DNA of 64,000 nt from Burkholderiaceae bacterium (GCA_013360485.1 JABWBN010000001.1:15282-79281), one strand, 5' to 3'; positions 26,341 to 36,200 are shown, counted from the stretch's first letter. Made by a program: numbers and translations. Notes: generated by a model from the letters alone, not told the origin.

Positions 26341-27603
26341 TCAGCCACCGCGGCGCATCATGTCGAAGAAGTCGAGGTTGTTCTTGCTCGACTTCATCTT
26401 GTCGAGGATGAACTCCATCGCCTCGATCTCGTCCATGTTGTACAGGAGCTTGCGCAGGATCCACGTCTTCTGCAGGATCTCTGGCTTGAGCAGGAGCTCC
26501 TCGCGGCGGGTGCCCGTCTTGTTGATCAGAATGGACGGGTAGACCCGCTTCTCGGCCATGCGGCGGTCGAGATGGATTTCGCAGTTGCCGGTACCCTTGA
26601 ATTCTTCGTAGATCACCTCGTCCATGCGACTGCCGGTGTCGATCAGGGCGGTGCCGATGATGGTCAGCGAACCTCCCTCCTCGACATTGCGCGCCGCGCC
26701 GAAGAAGCGCTTGGGGCGCTGCAGCGCGTTGGCGTCCACGCCACCGGTGAGCACTTTGCCGGACGAGGGCAGCACGTTGTTGTAGGCGCGCGCCAGACGG
26801 GTGATCGAGTCCAGCAGGATCACCACGTCCTTGCGCAGTTCGACCAAGCGCTTGGCGCGCTCGATCACCATCTCGGCCACTTGCACATGGCGGGCAGCCG
26901 GCTCGTCGAACGTGGAGGAAATGACCTCGCCGCGCACGGTGCGCTGCATCTCGGTCACCTCCTCGGGGCGCTCGTCGACGAGCAGCACGATCAGGTGGAT
27001 CTCCGGGTGGTTGGCCACCAGTGAGTGAGCGATGTGCTGCATCATGACCGTCTTGCCGGTCTTGGGCTGCGCCACCAGCAGCGCGCGCTGCCCTTTGCCG
27101 ATCGGCGCGATCAGGTCGATGATGCGGCTGGTGATGTTCTCTTCGTTCTTGATGTCACGCTCGAGCTTGAACTGCTCCTTCGGGAACAGCGGCGTCAAGT
27201 TCTCGAACATGATCTTGTGCTTGTTCTCCTCGGGCGTCAGGCCGTTCACGCGGTCGACCTTCACCAGCGCGAAATAGCGCTCGCCGTCCTTGGGCACGCG
27301 CACTTCGCCCTCGATCAGGTCACCGGTATGGAGGTTGAAGCGGCGGATCTGGCTGGGGCTGAGGTAGATGTCGTCGGTCGACGCCATGTAGCTGGTGTCG
27401 ATGGAGCGCAGGAACCCGAAGCCATCGGGTAGCACTTCGAGCACGCCGTCGCCGAACACCTGTTCGCCGCCCTTGGCGCGCTTCTTCATGATGGCGAACA
27501 TCAGCTCCTGCTTGCGCAGTCGAGCGACGTTGTCGATCTCCAGCGCCTCGCCCATCTTGATGAGTTCGGAGACGTGCTGCGCCTTCAGTTCGGACAGATG
27601 CAT
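26341..27603 (-). CDS. rho: Transcription termination factor Rho
   Basis: [42 protein letters not shown]. Confidence 0.98.
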   Translation of the reverse strand: MHLSELKAQHVSELIKMGEALEIDNVARLRKQELMFAIMKKRAKGGEQVFGDGVLEVLPDGFGFLRSIDTSYMASTDDIYLSPSQIRRFNLHTGDLIEGEVRVPKDGERYFALVKVDRVNGLTPEENKHKIMFENLTPLFPKEQFKLERDIKNEENITSRIIDLIAPIGKGQRALLVAQPKTGKTVMMQHIAHSLVANHPEIHLIVLLVDERPEEVTEMQRTVRGEVISSTFDEPAARHVQVAEMVIERAKRLVELRKDVVILLDSITRLARAYNNVLPSSGKVLTGGVDANALQRPKRFFGAARNVEEGGSLTIIGTALIDTGSRMDEVIYEEFKGTGNCEIHLDRRMAEKRVYPSILINKTGTRREELLLKPEILQKTWILRKLLYNMDEIEAMEFILDKMKSSKNNLDFFDMMRRGG

Positions 27604-27839
27604 AACGGGGTGACACCCTGGGGTGATGGGCCAGCGCCTTGCCGGGGCGATAGGCCGAAAGCCGGGCACAAACCGCCTGCGCAGCGGCCATGCGGCCGCA
27701 TGGCCGCGTGATCATCTGTGCTGGGGAGGTGGCCGGGAACCCCGCAAGGGCTTCGAGCCGTGGCTCAGCTGGCGGGGCGGCGATCCTGGGGCGCTGCGCA
27801 GCGGGCTCTTGGCCCTGTGTCGCAGCGCGATTAGGCTGA

Positions 27840-28169
27840 TTATAGGTGCGGCTCGAGGAAGGCCGTCAACTGGGCCTTCGACAGCGCGCCGACCTTGGTC
27901 GCGGCAAGCTGGCCGCCCTTGAACAGCATCAGCGTGGGTATGCCCCGGATGCCATAGCGCGCCGGCACATCCCGATTCTCGTCGACGTTCATCTTGGCGA
28001 TCTGGATTCGGTCGCCAAGTTCCTTGGCGGCTTCGTCCAGCATCGGCGCAATCATCTTGCACGGGCCGCACCAGTCGGCCCAGTAATCGACGAGGACGGG
28101 CGTCGTGGATTGAAGGACGTCCGCCTCGAACGAGGCGTCGGTCACGTGCTTGATCAGTTCGCTGCTCAT
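27840..28169 (-). CDS. trxA: Thioredoxin
   Basis: WADWCGPCKM active site, GIRGIPTL; trxA-rho order. Confidence 0.97.
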   Translation of the reverse strand: MSSELIKHVTDASFEADVLQSTTPVLVDYWADWCGPCKMIAPMLDEAAKELGDRIQIAKMNVDENRDVPARYGIRGIPTLMLFKGGQLAATKVGALSKAQLTAFLEPHL

Positions 28170-28450
28170 CGCCGTTCCTTCGTGGGTTGAACACCCATCA
28201 ACGAGTTCGGGGAATTCTGACACAAAGACCCCCTGCCGCCGTGCGCCGGGGCAGCGGCGGCGCGCTATGTTCACCATCGAGCGGCGCTATCGCAGGCGAG
28301 CCGGCCGCGTCGATCTGGCGGTTGAAGCAGGGCCTGTTCGGGGCTTCGGTCGCGCCCTGAATTAGGTCCAATCCGCACGATGCCCTCGCCATTTCCAGTT
28401 GAGTTGCGCCGTGGTTGTCACGGTGCCCATTGAACCCCGAAGGCCTACGA

Positions 28451-30208
28451 GTGAGTGCTCTGCCACCGGCCACCGCCAATTCCGCCCGTCCACAGGCGGT
28501 GCGCCACTTCGGGCGCTTCCAACTGCTGCGGTTGCTCGCCAAGAGCGACCGAACCATGATGTGGGCCGTTTCCGATCCGCGCAACCAGCAGGACCTGGTG
28601 CTGGCCATGCCCCGCCAGAAGCCCGCCGATGCGCCGGCGCTGACGCTGTGGCAACAGGCGGCGCGCAAGTCTGCCCGCATCGACCATCCAGGCCTGGCCC
28701 ATGCTGTCGAGGTGGGCGAAGTCGAGGGCTGGCCCTACGTGACCTATGACCCCGGCTCATCGTCCACGATGGGGGAACTCACCGGCAGCAAGGGCATGAG
28801 TGCCGCGGAGCTTGTTCCCCGAGCTCTGCAGGCACTTCAGGGCTTGGCGTTTGCGCACGAGGCAGGCGTGGCGCATGGCGACTTGCAGACCTCGATGTTG
28901 CTGGTCAGCGAGTCCGGTGCATGTCGCTTGCTTGGGCTTGGTGTTGCCCTGGCAGCACAAGACCCACGGCTGCCACCGAGCGGCTCGCTCCAGCTGCATC
29001 GGCTGACTGCCGAGCGCGACGTGCTCGCGTTCGGCCTGGTGATGCATCAGTTGCTCAGTGGACAGCCGGCTCTGGAGGAACCCGACGTCGGGCGCGTGAT
29101 CGGCCGGATGCCTCCTCTCGGACGCGAGCCGGTCCGGCTGCCATGGAGCATGCCCCACCCGGTGCCGGAGGCGTTGCGTGCCATCATCAACAGGGCCACG
29201 GATCGCCAGGAGCGACAACGCTACCGCAATGCACGCACACTCGTGCACGCACTCGAGGGATGGCTGTCCTCGGAAGGAGGAGGCGCTGGTCCCTTGGCGC
29301 AGTTGCAGGACCGCATTCGCGCCGCGGGAGTGCTGCCCGCGGTGCCCGGCGGCGCGTCGCGGGCAGCGCGCCTGGCCATGATGGAGCGTGAACGCACGAT
29401 CGAACTCGCGGAGATCGTGCTGCAGGATACCGCGCTCACGTTCGAACTGCTGCGCACGGTCAACAGCTCCCAGGTCAGGGGGGTACTGGGCTCGGGTAGC
29501 GGGCCGGTGCTTACCATACGCCGCACGATCGCGATGATCGGGCTGGACGGTGTCCGGCAGGCCGCGTTGTCGTTGCGGGCCTGGCCGGGACCGCTGGACG
29601 ACAGCCAGGCTGCCGAGCTGGAGCGCCTGTTCGACCGGGTGCGACGCGCCGGTCGCATCGCCCAGTGGCTGCGACCCGCCGGCTACGATGCGGAGGTCGT
29701 TTACCTGCTTGCGCTGCTTCAGAACCTCGGACGCCTGATCGTTCAGTACCACTTCCCGGACGAGTCGGCCCAGATACGGCGGCTGATGCAACCCGAGCCT
29801 GCAACCAAGGCGGGTGAGCCCGATGAGCCGGGCATGAGCGAGCAGGCGGCGTCCTATGCGGTGCTGGGTATCGATCTCGAGGCCATCGCTGCGGGGGTCG
29901 CCCGGCAGTGGGGGCTCGACGATGCCGTCATGCACATGATCCGACGTCCAGCGCCAGGCGCGCCGGTGCGGTCGGCAGACACCGACGACGAGGTGTTGCG
30001 GCTTTCAGCCGCTTGCGCCAACGAGGTTGTCGATGCGCAGGCCCTGCCGCCTGCTCAGATGCTGGCGGCGCTGCAGCGTGTTGCGCAGCGGTACGCTCGG
30101 GTGCTTGGTGTGACGCTGCGTGAGGTTCAGCTGGCGGCCCAGGGCATCGAGCCGAGCTCGGTGCAGACCGAGGGCGAGCGCAGTACGCAGTTCGGGGGGC
30201 TGCAGTGA
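28451..30208 (+). CDS. Degenerate Ser/Thr kinase-fold (pseudokinase) fused to an HDOD domain
   Basis: Kinase-like N-half (GRFQLLRLL..ARIDHP..AFAHEAGVAHGDL..RDVLAFGLVMHQLLSG) without catalytic motifs; HDOD (LPAVP..LAEIVLQDTALTFELLRTVNS..TIRRTIAMIG..LLQNLGRL..ARQWGL). GTG start inferred. Confidence 0.8.
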   Translation: MSALPPATANSARPQAVRHFGRFQLLRLLAKSDRTMMWAVSDPRNQQDLVLAMPRQKPADAPALTLWQQAARKSARIDHPGLAHAVEVGEVEGWPYVTYDPGSSSTMGELTGSKGMSAAELVPRALQALQGLAFAHEAGVAHGDLQTSMLLVSESGACRLLGLGVALAAQDPRLPPSGSLQLHRLTAERDVLAFGLVMHQLLSGQPALEEPDVGRVIGRMPPLGREPVRLPWSMPHPVPEALRAIINRATDRQERQRYRNARTLVHALEGWLSSEGGGAGPLAQLQDRIRAAGVLPAVPGGASRAARLAMMERERTIELAEIVLQDTALTFELLRTVNSSQVRGVLGSGSGPVLTIRRTIAMIGLDGVRQAALSLRAWPGPLDDSQAAELERLFDRVRRAGRIAQWLRPAGYDAEVVYLLALLQNLGRLIVQYHFPDESAQIRRLMQPEPATKAGEPDEPGMSEQAASYAVLGIDLEAIAAGVARQWGLDDAVMHMIRRPAPGAPVRSADTDDEVLRLSAACANEVVDAQALPPAQMLAALQRVAQRYARVLGVTLREVQLAAQGIEPSSVQTEGERSTQFGGLQ

Positions 30209-32685
30209 CTGCTGTGCGTGCTGTGGCGAGGGACGGGCGCGTCGGGCGGTTCAAGCTGATCCAGGAGCTCGGACGCGGCGCGCAGGCAGTGGTCTGGCGC
30301 GCGCATGACGAACGTCTGGAGCGAGACGTTGCGCTCAAGTTGCTGAGTCCGGGTGCAGACACGCTTTCGGTCGCCCAATGGTTGCACGAGGCGCGTGCAG
30401 TGAGCCGGCTCACGCACCCGAACATCGTGCCGGTCTTCGAAGCCGATGAGCACGACGGGCAACCCTATCTCGTATTCGAGTTGGTTCAGGGCAAGCCGCT
30501 GTCGGAGGCGCTTCGCAAGCACGGCGCCATGCAGGCACCGGCCGCTGTGCAGTGTGTGCTGGCCGTCCTCGAAGCGCTCGCCGAGGCGCATGGTCACGGC
30601 ATCGTGCATCGGGACCTCAAGCCATCAAACATCCTGGTGGAAGAAGCAGGGCGCGCCCGGGTGATGGACTTCGGCATTGCCGCGCGTGCTTCCGAGGCGG
30701 GCGATGGCCTGATCGTCGGCACGCCCGGGTACATCTCGCCGGAAGCGGCGCAGGGCCTGCCGCCGACGCCGCAGATGGACGTCTTCTCGGCAGGCATGCT
30801 GCTGGCCGAGATGCTGACGGGATCACCCCTGCTGAGGGAGCGAGACCCTCACCGGGCGCTTCATCGCGTGGTACATGAAGACATGAGGCTGCCCGACGAC
30901 GTCGCCATCGACGACGGTCTGCGAGCTGTCTTGATGCGCGCACTACAGCGGGATGCATCGTTGCGGTATCCGTCTGCGGTCGAGATGCGCGAAGCGTTGC
31001 GCGGATGGCTCGATGGGCGCGTGGCGGAAAGCACCGGCACAGCGGCCGGGAACACGTCCGGCAATGGAACGCTGGACTTCCTGCTGCGCCGCATGCGCTC
31101 GCGTACCGACTTTCCCACGTTGTCCGATTCGGTGGTGCGGATCCAGCGGATCGCGGCCTCCGAGCGCGAGAGCCTGAACAGTCTGGCAGCGGAGATCCTC
31201 AAGGATGTGGCACTGACGAACAAGCTGCTGCGGATGGTGAACACCGTCCACTACAGCAGCGCGGGCGGTGGCACCATCAGCACGGTCTCGCGTGCGGTGG
31301 CATTGGTGGGCTTCGCCGGCATCCGCAACATGGCGCTGTCGCTGCTGCTGTTTGAGCACATGAAGGACAAGGCGCACGCCAAGCGCCTGCGCGAGGAGTT
31401 CCTGCGCTCGTTGGTCGCGGGGCAGATCGCGGGCGAGTTGGCGATCTCGACTCGCGAAGCCGAGGAAGCGTTCTTGGGCGCGATGTTCCACAACCTCGGC
31501 CGGCTGCTGTGCGAGTACTACCTGCCCGAGGAGGCCCAGCAGATCCGTGATCACGTCGGCGCAACCGGCTCTTCGTCGGACAGCCCGCGCGGCTTGCTGG
31601 AGGCTGCGGCCGAGCGGGTGCTGGGCTTGGGTTTCGAACGCCTGGGGATGGGTGTCGCGCGATCCTGGGGACTTCCTGACAGCCTGCAGCGCTGCATGTT
31701 GCGCGGCGATGCCCAGGCCCCCGCACGGCCCGCGGAACGCGGCCTCGACCGGCTGCGGTGGGTGGCGGTCGCAGCCAACGAGCTGGCCGACGTGACGTTG
31801 GATGCCCCGCCTGAACAAGCCGTGTCCCGCATCGAGGCGCTGGTTTCACAGTACGGTCGCGCCTTGGCACTGGATGCGAAGCAGATGCAGGAGGCGCTGG
31901 TGCGCGCTCGATCCCGCCTGGCTCAGCTGGCGCCCGCAATGGGGCTGACGTTGCCCGCGAGTTGGACACGCGCTCCGGTGGCCGCAGGCGCAGCCTCAGT
32001 CCCTGCGAAGGCCGCAGCAGCCCAACCCGGGTTGGCCAATGCGGCGGACCTAGTTGAGTCGCAGGCCGACGCGCGGACGATCGTCGCACCGCGCGAGAAC
32101 AAAGTCGCCTCAGGCGGCACCGCCGCTGCAGACAGCCACGGCTCGGGCCGACAGCCCGCCGATCGGGAGGTGCTGTCGGCGGGCATACATGACATCACTC
32201 AGGCCATGGCATCGGACAACTGCCCATTGGCCGAGGTGTTGCGGATGGTGCTGGACGTTATGCACCGTGGCATGGGCCTTCAGCGCGTGTTGCTGGCGCT
32301 GAAGGACCCACGTGGCGCAGCGCTCGTGGGTCGGGTCGGACTGGGACTGCGAGTCGACGAGGCTTGCCGGGTGTTTCGGGTCGAGTTGTCCCGCGGCAAC
32401 GCGACACCGACCGACCTGTTCCAGGCGATTTGCCAGAAGGGCGCCGACACCGTGATCACCGATGCCAACGTGCCGTCGATCGCCCAGCGCTTGCCCACTT
32501 GGTACCAGCGACATCTGGGCGCGCCGGCCTTTCTGTTGCTGCCGATGTCTCTGAAGGGCGCGCCGTTCGGAATGATCTACGGAGACGTCGGCGATCAGGG
32601 TTCCTGGTCGGTCGACGAACGCGAACTCGCACTCGTGCGCACGCTGCGCAACCAAGCGGTCATGGCCTTTCGCCAGGCGACCTGA
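30205..32685 (+). CDS. Hanks-type Ser/Thr protein kinase with HDOD and C-terminal GAF-like domains
   Basis: GRGAQAVV, VALK, HEAR, HRDLKPSN, DFG, GTPGYISPE, DVFSAG; HDOD (FPTLSD..ILKDVALTNKLLRMVNT..FHNLGRL..ARSWGL); GAF-like tail (FLLLPMSLKGAPFGMIYGD). Confidence 0.88.
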   Translation: MTAVRAVARDGRVGRFKLIQELGRGAQAVVWRAHDERLERDVALKLLSPGADTLSVAQWLHEARAVSRLTHPNIVPVFEADEHDGQPYLVFELVQGKPLSEALRKHGAMQAPAAVQCVLAVLEALAEAHGHGIVHRDLKPSNILVEEAGRARVMDFGIAARASEAGDGLIVGTPGYISPEAAQGLPPTPQMDVFSAGMLLAEMLTGSPLLRERDPHRALHRVVHEDMRLPDDVAIDDGLRAVLMRALQRDASLRYPSAVEMREALRGWLDGRVAESTGTAAGNTSGNGTLDFLLRRMRSRTDFPTLSDSVVRIQRIAASERESLNSLAAEILKDVALTNKLLRMVNTVHYSSAGGGTISTVSRAVALVGFAGIRNMALSLLLFEHMKDKAHAKRLREEFLRSLVAGQIAGELAISTREAEEAFLGAMFHNLGRLLCEYYLPEEAQQIRDHVGATGSSSDSPRGLLEAAAERVLGLGFERLGMGVARSWGLPDSLQRCMLRGDAQAPARPAERGLDRLRWVAVAANELADVTLDAPPEQAVSRIEALVSQYGRALALDAKQMQEALVRARSRLAQLAPAMGLTLPASWTRAPVAAGAASVPAKAAAAQPGLANAADLVESQADARTIVAPRENKVASGGTAAADSHGSGRQPADREVLSAGIHDITQAMASDNCPLAEVLRMVLDVMHRGMGLQRVLLALKDPRGAALVGRVGLGLRVDEACRVFRVELSRGNATPTDLFQAICQKGADTVITDANVPSIAQRLPTWYQRHLGAPAFLLLPMSLKGAPFGMIYGDVGDQGSWSVDERELALVRTLRNQAVMAFRQAT

Positions 32686-32716
32686 GCGAGCACACTGGCG
32701 CACCTGGGCGGTGTTG

Positions 32717-32821
32717 GGGGTGACGAGCCTTGCCCTCGGCACTGGTCGCAACGGTTAGGGCTGCTTCGTTCCCGACCTGACCCGGTTGGCCGCGCTTCCA
32801 TGCGAGGAGGCCCGTCACCCC
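32717..32821 (-). ncRNA. ffs: Signal recognition particle RNA (4.5S RNA)
   Basis: Minus strand reads GGGGTGACGGGCC...GGGTCAGGTCGGGAACGAAGCAGCCC...GGCTCGTCACCCC: conserved domain IV (CAGG, GGAA tetraloop, AGCA) in a long rod with paired ends; TAGAAT -10 at 32824-29; near dnaX. Confidence 0.92.
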
Positions 32822-32852
32822 GCATTCTAGGGCAGTGCGCCCGAAGTTGGCC

Positions 32853-33992
32853 TTAGCGCAATTGCAGGTCGTCGTCGCCGAAGCGCAGTCCCAGCGGTTC
32901 GATGAGCAACTGCTTCGGCCCGGCTTCTACGGTCCCGGCAATGCGTGCGCCGACGCCAGACGCCCGGGCGACTTCGACGGTACGCTGGGCGTCAGCGGCT
33001 GCTACGAACAACGCAAAGCCCGCCCCCATGTTCAAAGTGCTGTAGGCCTCGCGGTCGTCAAGCCCGCAGTGCTGCTGGATGAACCGCAGCACCGGCGGGA
33101 CATCCGGAACTGTGTGCACGCGATACGTGCATGCAGTTGGATGGCGCAGAAGCTTTCGCCAGCCGTGGCCGGTGATGTTTGCGCAGTAGTGGGGCACGAT
33201 GCCGGCGCGCCACAATGCCTCGGTTACCGGCGAGTACAGCACCGTGGGGGCAAGCAGTGCCTCGCCGTAACACACCCCCGGCGCCACCTCGGTGAGCCAG
33301 CCCTCAGGCAGGCGCTCGACCAGCTTGCGCGCCAGACTCAACCCGTTGGCATGTATGCCACTGGAGTCGAGCAGCACGATCGCATCGCCCGGCGCCAGTC
33401 GGTCGCCGACCGACAGCCTCTCCTTGGGCTGGATCAGGCCAGTACACGAAGCCGCGAGATCGATGCGCCCCGGCTCCACGATGCCCGCCAGTGCCGGTGT
33501 TTCACCGCCGCCCCAGGCGACCCCACAGGTGTCGCAGGCCTTCTTCCATCCGGCCACCAGGGCTTGTGCACGGGCAGAGTCACCGAACCAGTCCGATCCG
33601 CCCGCGGCCCAGTAAGCCTGCACGACCAGCGGCGTCGCACCCACTGTGATGAGATCGTTGATGGCCATCGCGATCGTGTCTTGCGCGATGCCCTCATAGG
33701 CGCTGCGACCGGTCAAGCGAGCCATCTCATCGGCCACCAGTGCCTTGGAGCCCAGGCACTCGACAATGGAAGCCAGGTAGAACGGCCCGACATCCACCAC
33801 GTAAGCGGACTCGCCACGCGATGCCGTGACTTCGGTGTAGCCGTGCGTGCGCAGATGGCCGGCAGTGGCTGCGGCGGCGCGCTGGGCGGCCACTTTCAAG
33901 GGGTCGATGAGGTCGTAGACAACCCCGGCCTGGTCATAGCTAAGCGGGGTCTGCGCCGTGTTGGAGGCAACTGAATCGCGTGAACTTTCCAT
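32853..33992 (-). CDS. PurM-family (AIR synthase-related) protein, divergent type
   Basis: SYDQAGV, AINDL, GGETP, SSGIHANGLSLAR, NITGHG, TLNMGAGF: PurM fold with substituted signature residues. Confidence 0.8.
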   Translation of the reverse strand: MESSRDSVASNTAQTPLSYDQAGVVYDLIDPLKVAAQRAAAATAGHLRTHGYTEVTASRGESAYVVDVGPFYLASIVECLGSKALVADEMARLTGRSAYEGIAQDTIAMAINDLITVGATPLVVQAYWAAGGSDWFGDSARAQALVAGWKKACDTCGVAWGGGETPALAGIVEPGRIDLAASCTGLIQPKERLSVGDRLAPGDAIVLLDSSGIHANGLSLARKLVERLPEGWLTEVAPGVCYGEALLAPTVLYSPVTEALWRAGIVPHYCANITGHGWRKLLRHPTACTYRVHTVPDVPPVLRFIQQHCGLDDREAYSTLNMGAGFALFVAAADAQRTVEVARASGVGARIAGTVEAGPKQLLIEPLGLRFGDDDLQLR

Positions 33993-34041
33993 TGCTGGAT
34001 TATCGGACAGGCCCGTCGGGGTCGGCCCGTAGAATGACCGC

Positions 34042-35877
34042 ATGAGTCACGTCGTCCTGGCGCGCAAGTACCGACCCCGCAGCTTCGACCAGATGGTCGG
34101 GCAGGAGCATGTGGTGCAGGCGTTGTCCAACGCCCTGAGTAGCGGGCGCCTGCACCACGCCTATCTGTTCACTGGAACTCGGGGCATCGGCAAAACGACG
34201 GTCAGCCGCATCCTGGCCAAGAGCCTGAACTGCATCGGCCCTGACGGCGGTGGCAGTGTGACTGCCCAACCGTGTGGCCAGTGCCAAGCCTGCACTGAAA
34301 TCGATGCAGACCGCTATATCGACTACATCGAGCTCGATGCTGCATCCAACCGCAGCATCGACGAAATCCGCGACTTGATCGAGCGAGCCGCCTACAAACC
34401 CAGTGTCGGCCGCTACAAGGTGTTCATGATCGACGAGGCGCACCAGCTGACGAAGGATGCGTTCAATGCGCTGCTCAAGACGCTGGAGGAGCCGCCGGAC
34501 TACCTGAAGTTCGTGCTCGCCACGACCGACCCTGAGAAAATGCTGCCCACGGTGCTCAGCCGCTGCCTGCAGTTCAATCTCAGGCCGATGGCGCCAGAGG
34601 TGATCCAGGCGCATCTGGCTCGCGTTTTGCAGGCCGAGACCGTGGCCTGCGATGCGTCCGCACTGCGGCTGCTCGCGCGCGCGGCACGCGGCTCGATGCG
34701 TGATGCGTTGTCCCTGACCGACCAGGCCATCGCCTACGGTGCGGGCACGATCACCGAGGGCGGCGTCAGGGCCATGCTGGGCGTGGTCGATCGACAGCAT
34801 GCCGCGCGGCTGGTCGGGGCGCTGGGTCGACGCGACGGAGCAGAGGTGCTCGCCGTCGTGGACGAGTTGCGTGCAAATGGGCTTTCGGCCTTCGGCACGC
34901 TCGAGGAGATGGCACTCCTGCTACAGCAGATGGCCGTCGAGCAGGCCGTGCCGGGTGCGCTTGACCAGCAGGACGCCCAGGTGCAGCAGGCCGTCGAACT
35001 TGCCCACGCGCTGCCAGCCGATGAGACCCAGCTGCTCTACAGCATCGTCATTCACGGTCGGGCCGAATTGGCCTTGTTGAGCGACGAGTACGCCGCGTTG
35101 ATCATGGTGCTGCTGCGCATGCTGGCGTTTCCGCCGGCAGTGCCTGAGGCGCCACCGGGTTCGCGCTCGGCTGCGCTGAAGGTGACGCCAACGCGCGCCC
35201 GCGCCACGGCCGCGGCGCATCCCGCGCGACTGGATGCATCCGCGGCCAGAGCAACTCCTGCAACTGCACCCCCACCGGAAGTTCCGCCCTGGGTGACAGA
35301 TGAACTGCCAGACGATGCCGCGATTGCCGCAATGGGTGGCACATCGGGCGCTGGGACGTCTGCTGTCGATGCTGAACCGTCGCTAGCGACACCACATCCC
35401 GCTGTGCAACGGACCGGCCTCAATGCCGACACGCCGATGGTGACCACGCCGTGCGGCGACCGCTGGGAGTGCCTGATCCGTCCGCTGGCCCAGGATGGCA
35501 GCATCGGTGCTCTGGTGCGCGAGCTGGCGTGGCAGGCGCAGCCGCTCGGTCGGGAAGATGGCGATCAAGTGACAACCTGGCGTCTGCGCGTCGAGCGCGA
35601 GAGCCTGCGGTCGCCATCGGTGCGCGATAAGCTCGAAGCCGCCTTGCGAGAGGCATATCCAGACGAGCGTCCCGTGCGGCTGCTGCTGGAGCCAGGCGTG
35701 GCCGAGGACAGTCTCGCGCTGCGTGACGAGGCTGCGAGGCAGGCGGCCCAGCGCGAGGCAGAACGAATCATCGAGTCCGATCCCCACGTGCGAGCCGTGC
35801 TGCAGCAGTTCCGCACCGCGCACCTCGTTTCCGGATCGATCAAACCCACCCAGGAGCCGGGGATACCCACATCATGA
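34042..35877 (+). CDS. dnaX: DNA polymerase III subunit gamma/tau
   Basis: [16 protein letters not shown], Zn cysteines [24 protein letters not shown]. Confidence 0.96.
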   Translation: MSHVVLARKYRPRSFDQMVGQEHVVQALSNALSSGRLHHAYLFTGTRGIGKTTVSRILAKSLNCIGPDGGGSVTAQPCGQCQACTEIDADRYIDYIELDAASNRSIDEIRDLIERAAYKPSVGRYKVFMIDEAHQLTKDAFNALLKTLEEPPDYLKFVLATTDPEKMLPTVLSRCLQFNLRPMAPEVIQAHLARVLQAETVACDASALRLLARAARGSMRDALSLTDQAIAYGAGTITEGGVRAMLGVVDRQHAARLVGALGRRDGAEVLAVVDELRANGLSAFGTLEEMALLLQQMAVEQAVPGALDQQDAQVQQAVELAHALPADETQLLYSIVIHGRAELALLSDEYAALIMVLLRMLAFPPAVPEAPPGSRSAALKVTPTRARATAAAHPARLDASAARATPATAPPPEVPPWVTDELPDDAAIAAMGGTSGAGTSAVDAEPSLATPHPAVQRTGLNADTPMVTTPCGDRWECLIRPLAQDGSIGALVRELAWQAQPLGREDGDQVTTWRLRVERESLRSPSVRDKLEAALREAYPDERPVRLLLEPGVAEDSLALRDEAARQAAQREAERIIESDPHVRAVLQQFRTAHLVSGSIKPTQEPGIPTS

Positions 35878-36200
35878 TGAAGAACCAACTCGCCGGGCTG
35901 ATGAAGCAGGCACAGGCAATGCAAGAGAACCTGCGCAAGGCGCAGGAAGAACTCGCCAGCGTCGAAGTCGAGGGTCAGTCGGGAGCCGGCCTGGTCAAGG
36001 TGCAAATGACGTGCAAGCATGACGTGAAGCGGGTCACCATCGACCCGAGCCTGCTCGCCGACGACAAGGACATGCTGGAGGACCTGGTGGCCGCTGCATT
36101 CAACGATGCCGTTCGCCGGGTCGAAGCCACCACCCAGGAGCGAATGGGCCGGCTGACCGCGGGCATGCCGCAGATCCCGGGTCTGAAGCTCCCGTTCTAG
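35874..36200 (+). CDS. ybaB: YbaB/EbfC nucleoid-associated protein
   Basis: [32 protein letters not shown]. Confidence 0.95.
   Translation: MMKNQLAGLMKQAQAMQENLRKAQEELASVEVEGQSGAGLVKVQMTCKHDVKRVTIDPSLLADDKDMLEDLVAAAFNDAVRRVEATTQERMGRLTAGMPQIPGLKLPF

Noticed and set aside
28451-30208. Treating the degenerate kinase as a pseudogene
   Set aside because: The ORF is intact with an intact HDOD and a coupled start/stop with the next gene; losses are concentrated in catalytic motifs.
34042-35877. Programmed -1 frameshift site in dnaX (gamma/tau)
   Set aside because: No A-AAA-AAG heptamer or long A run seen in the gene.
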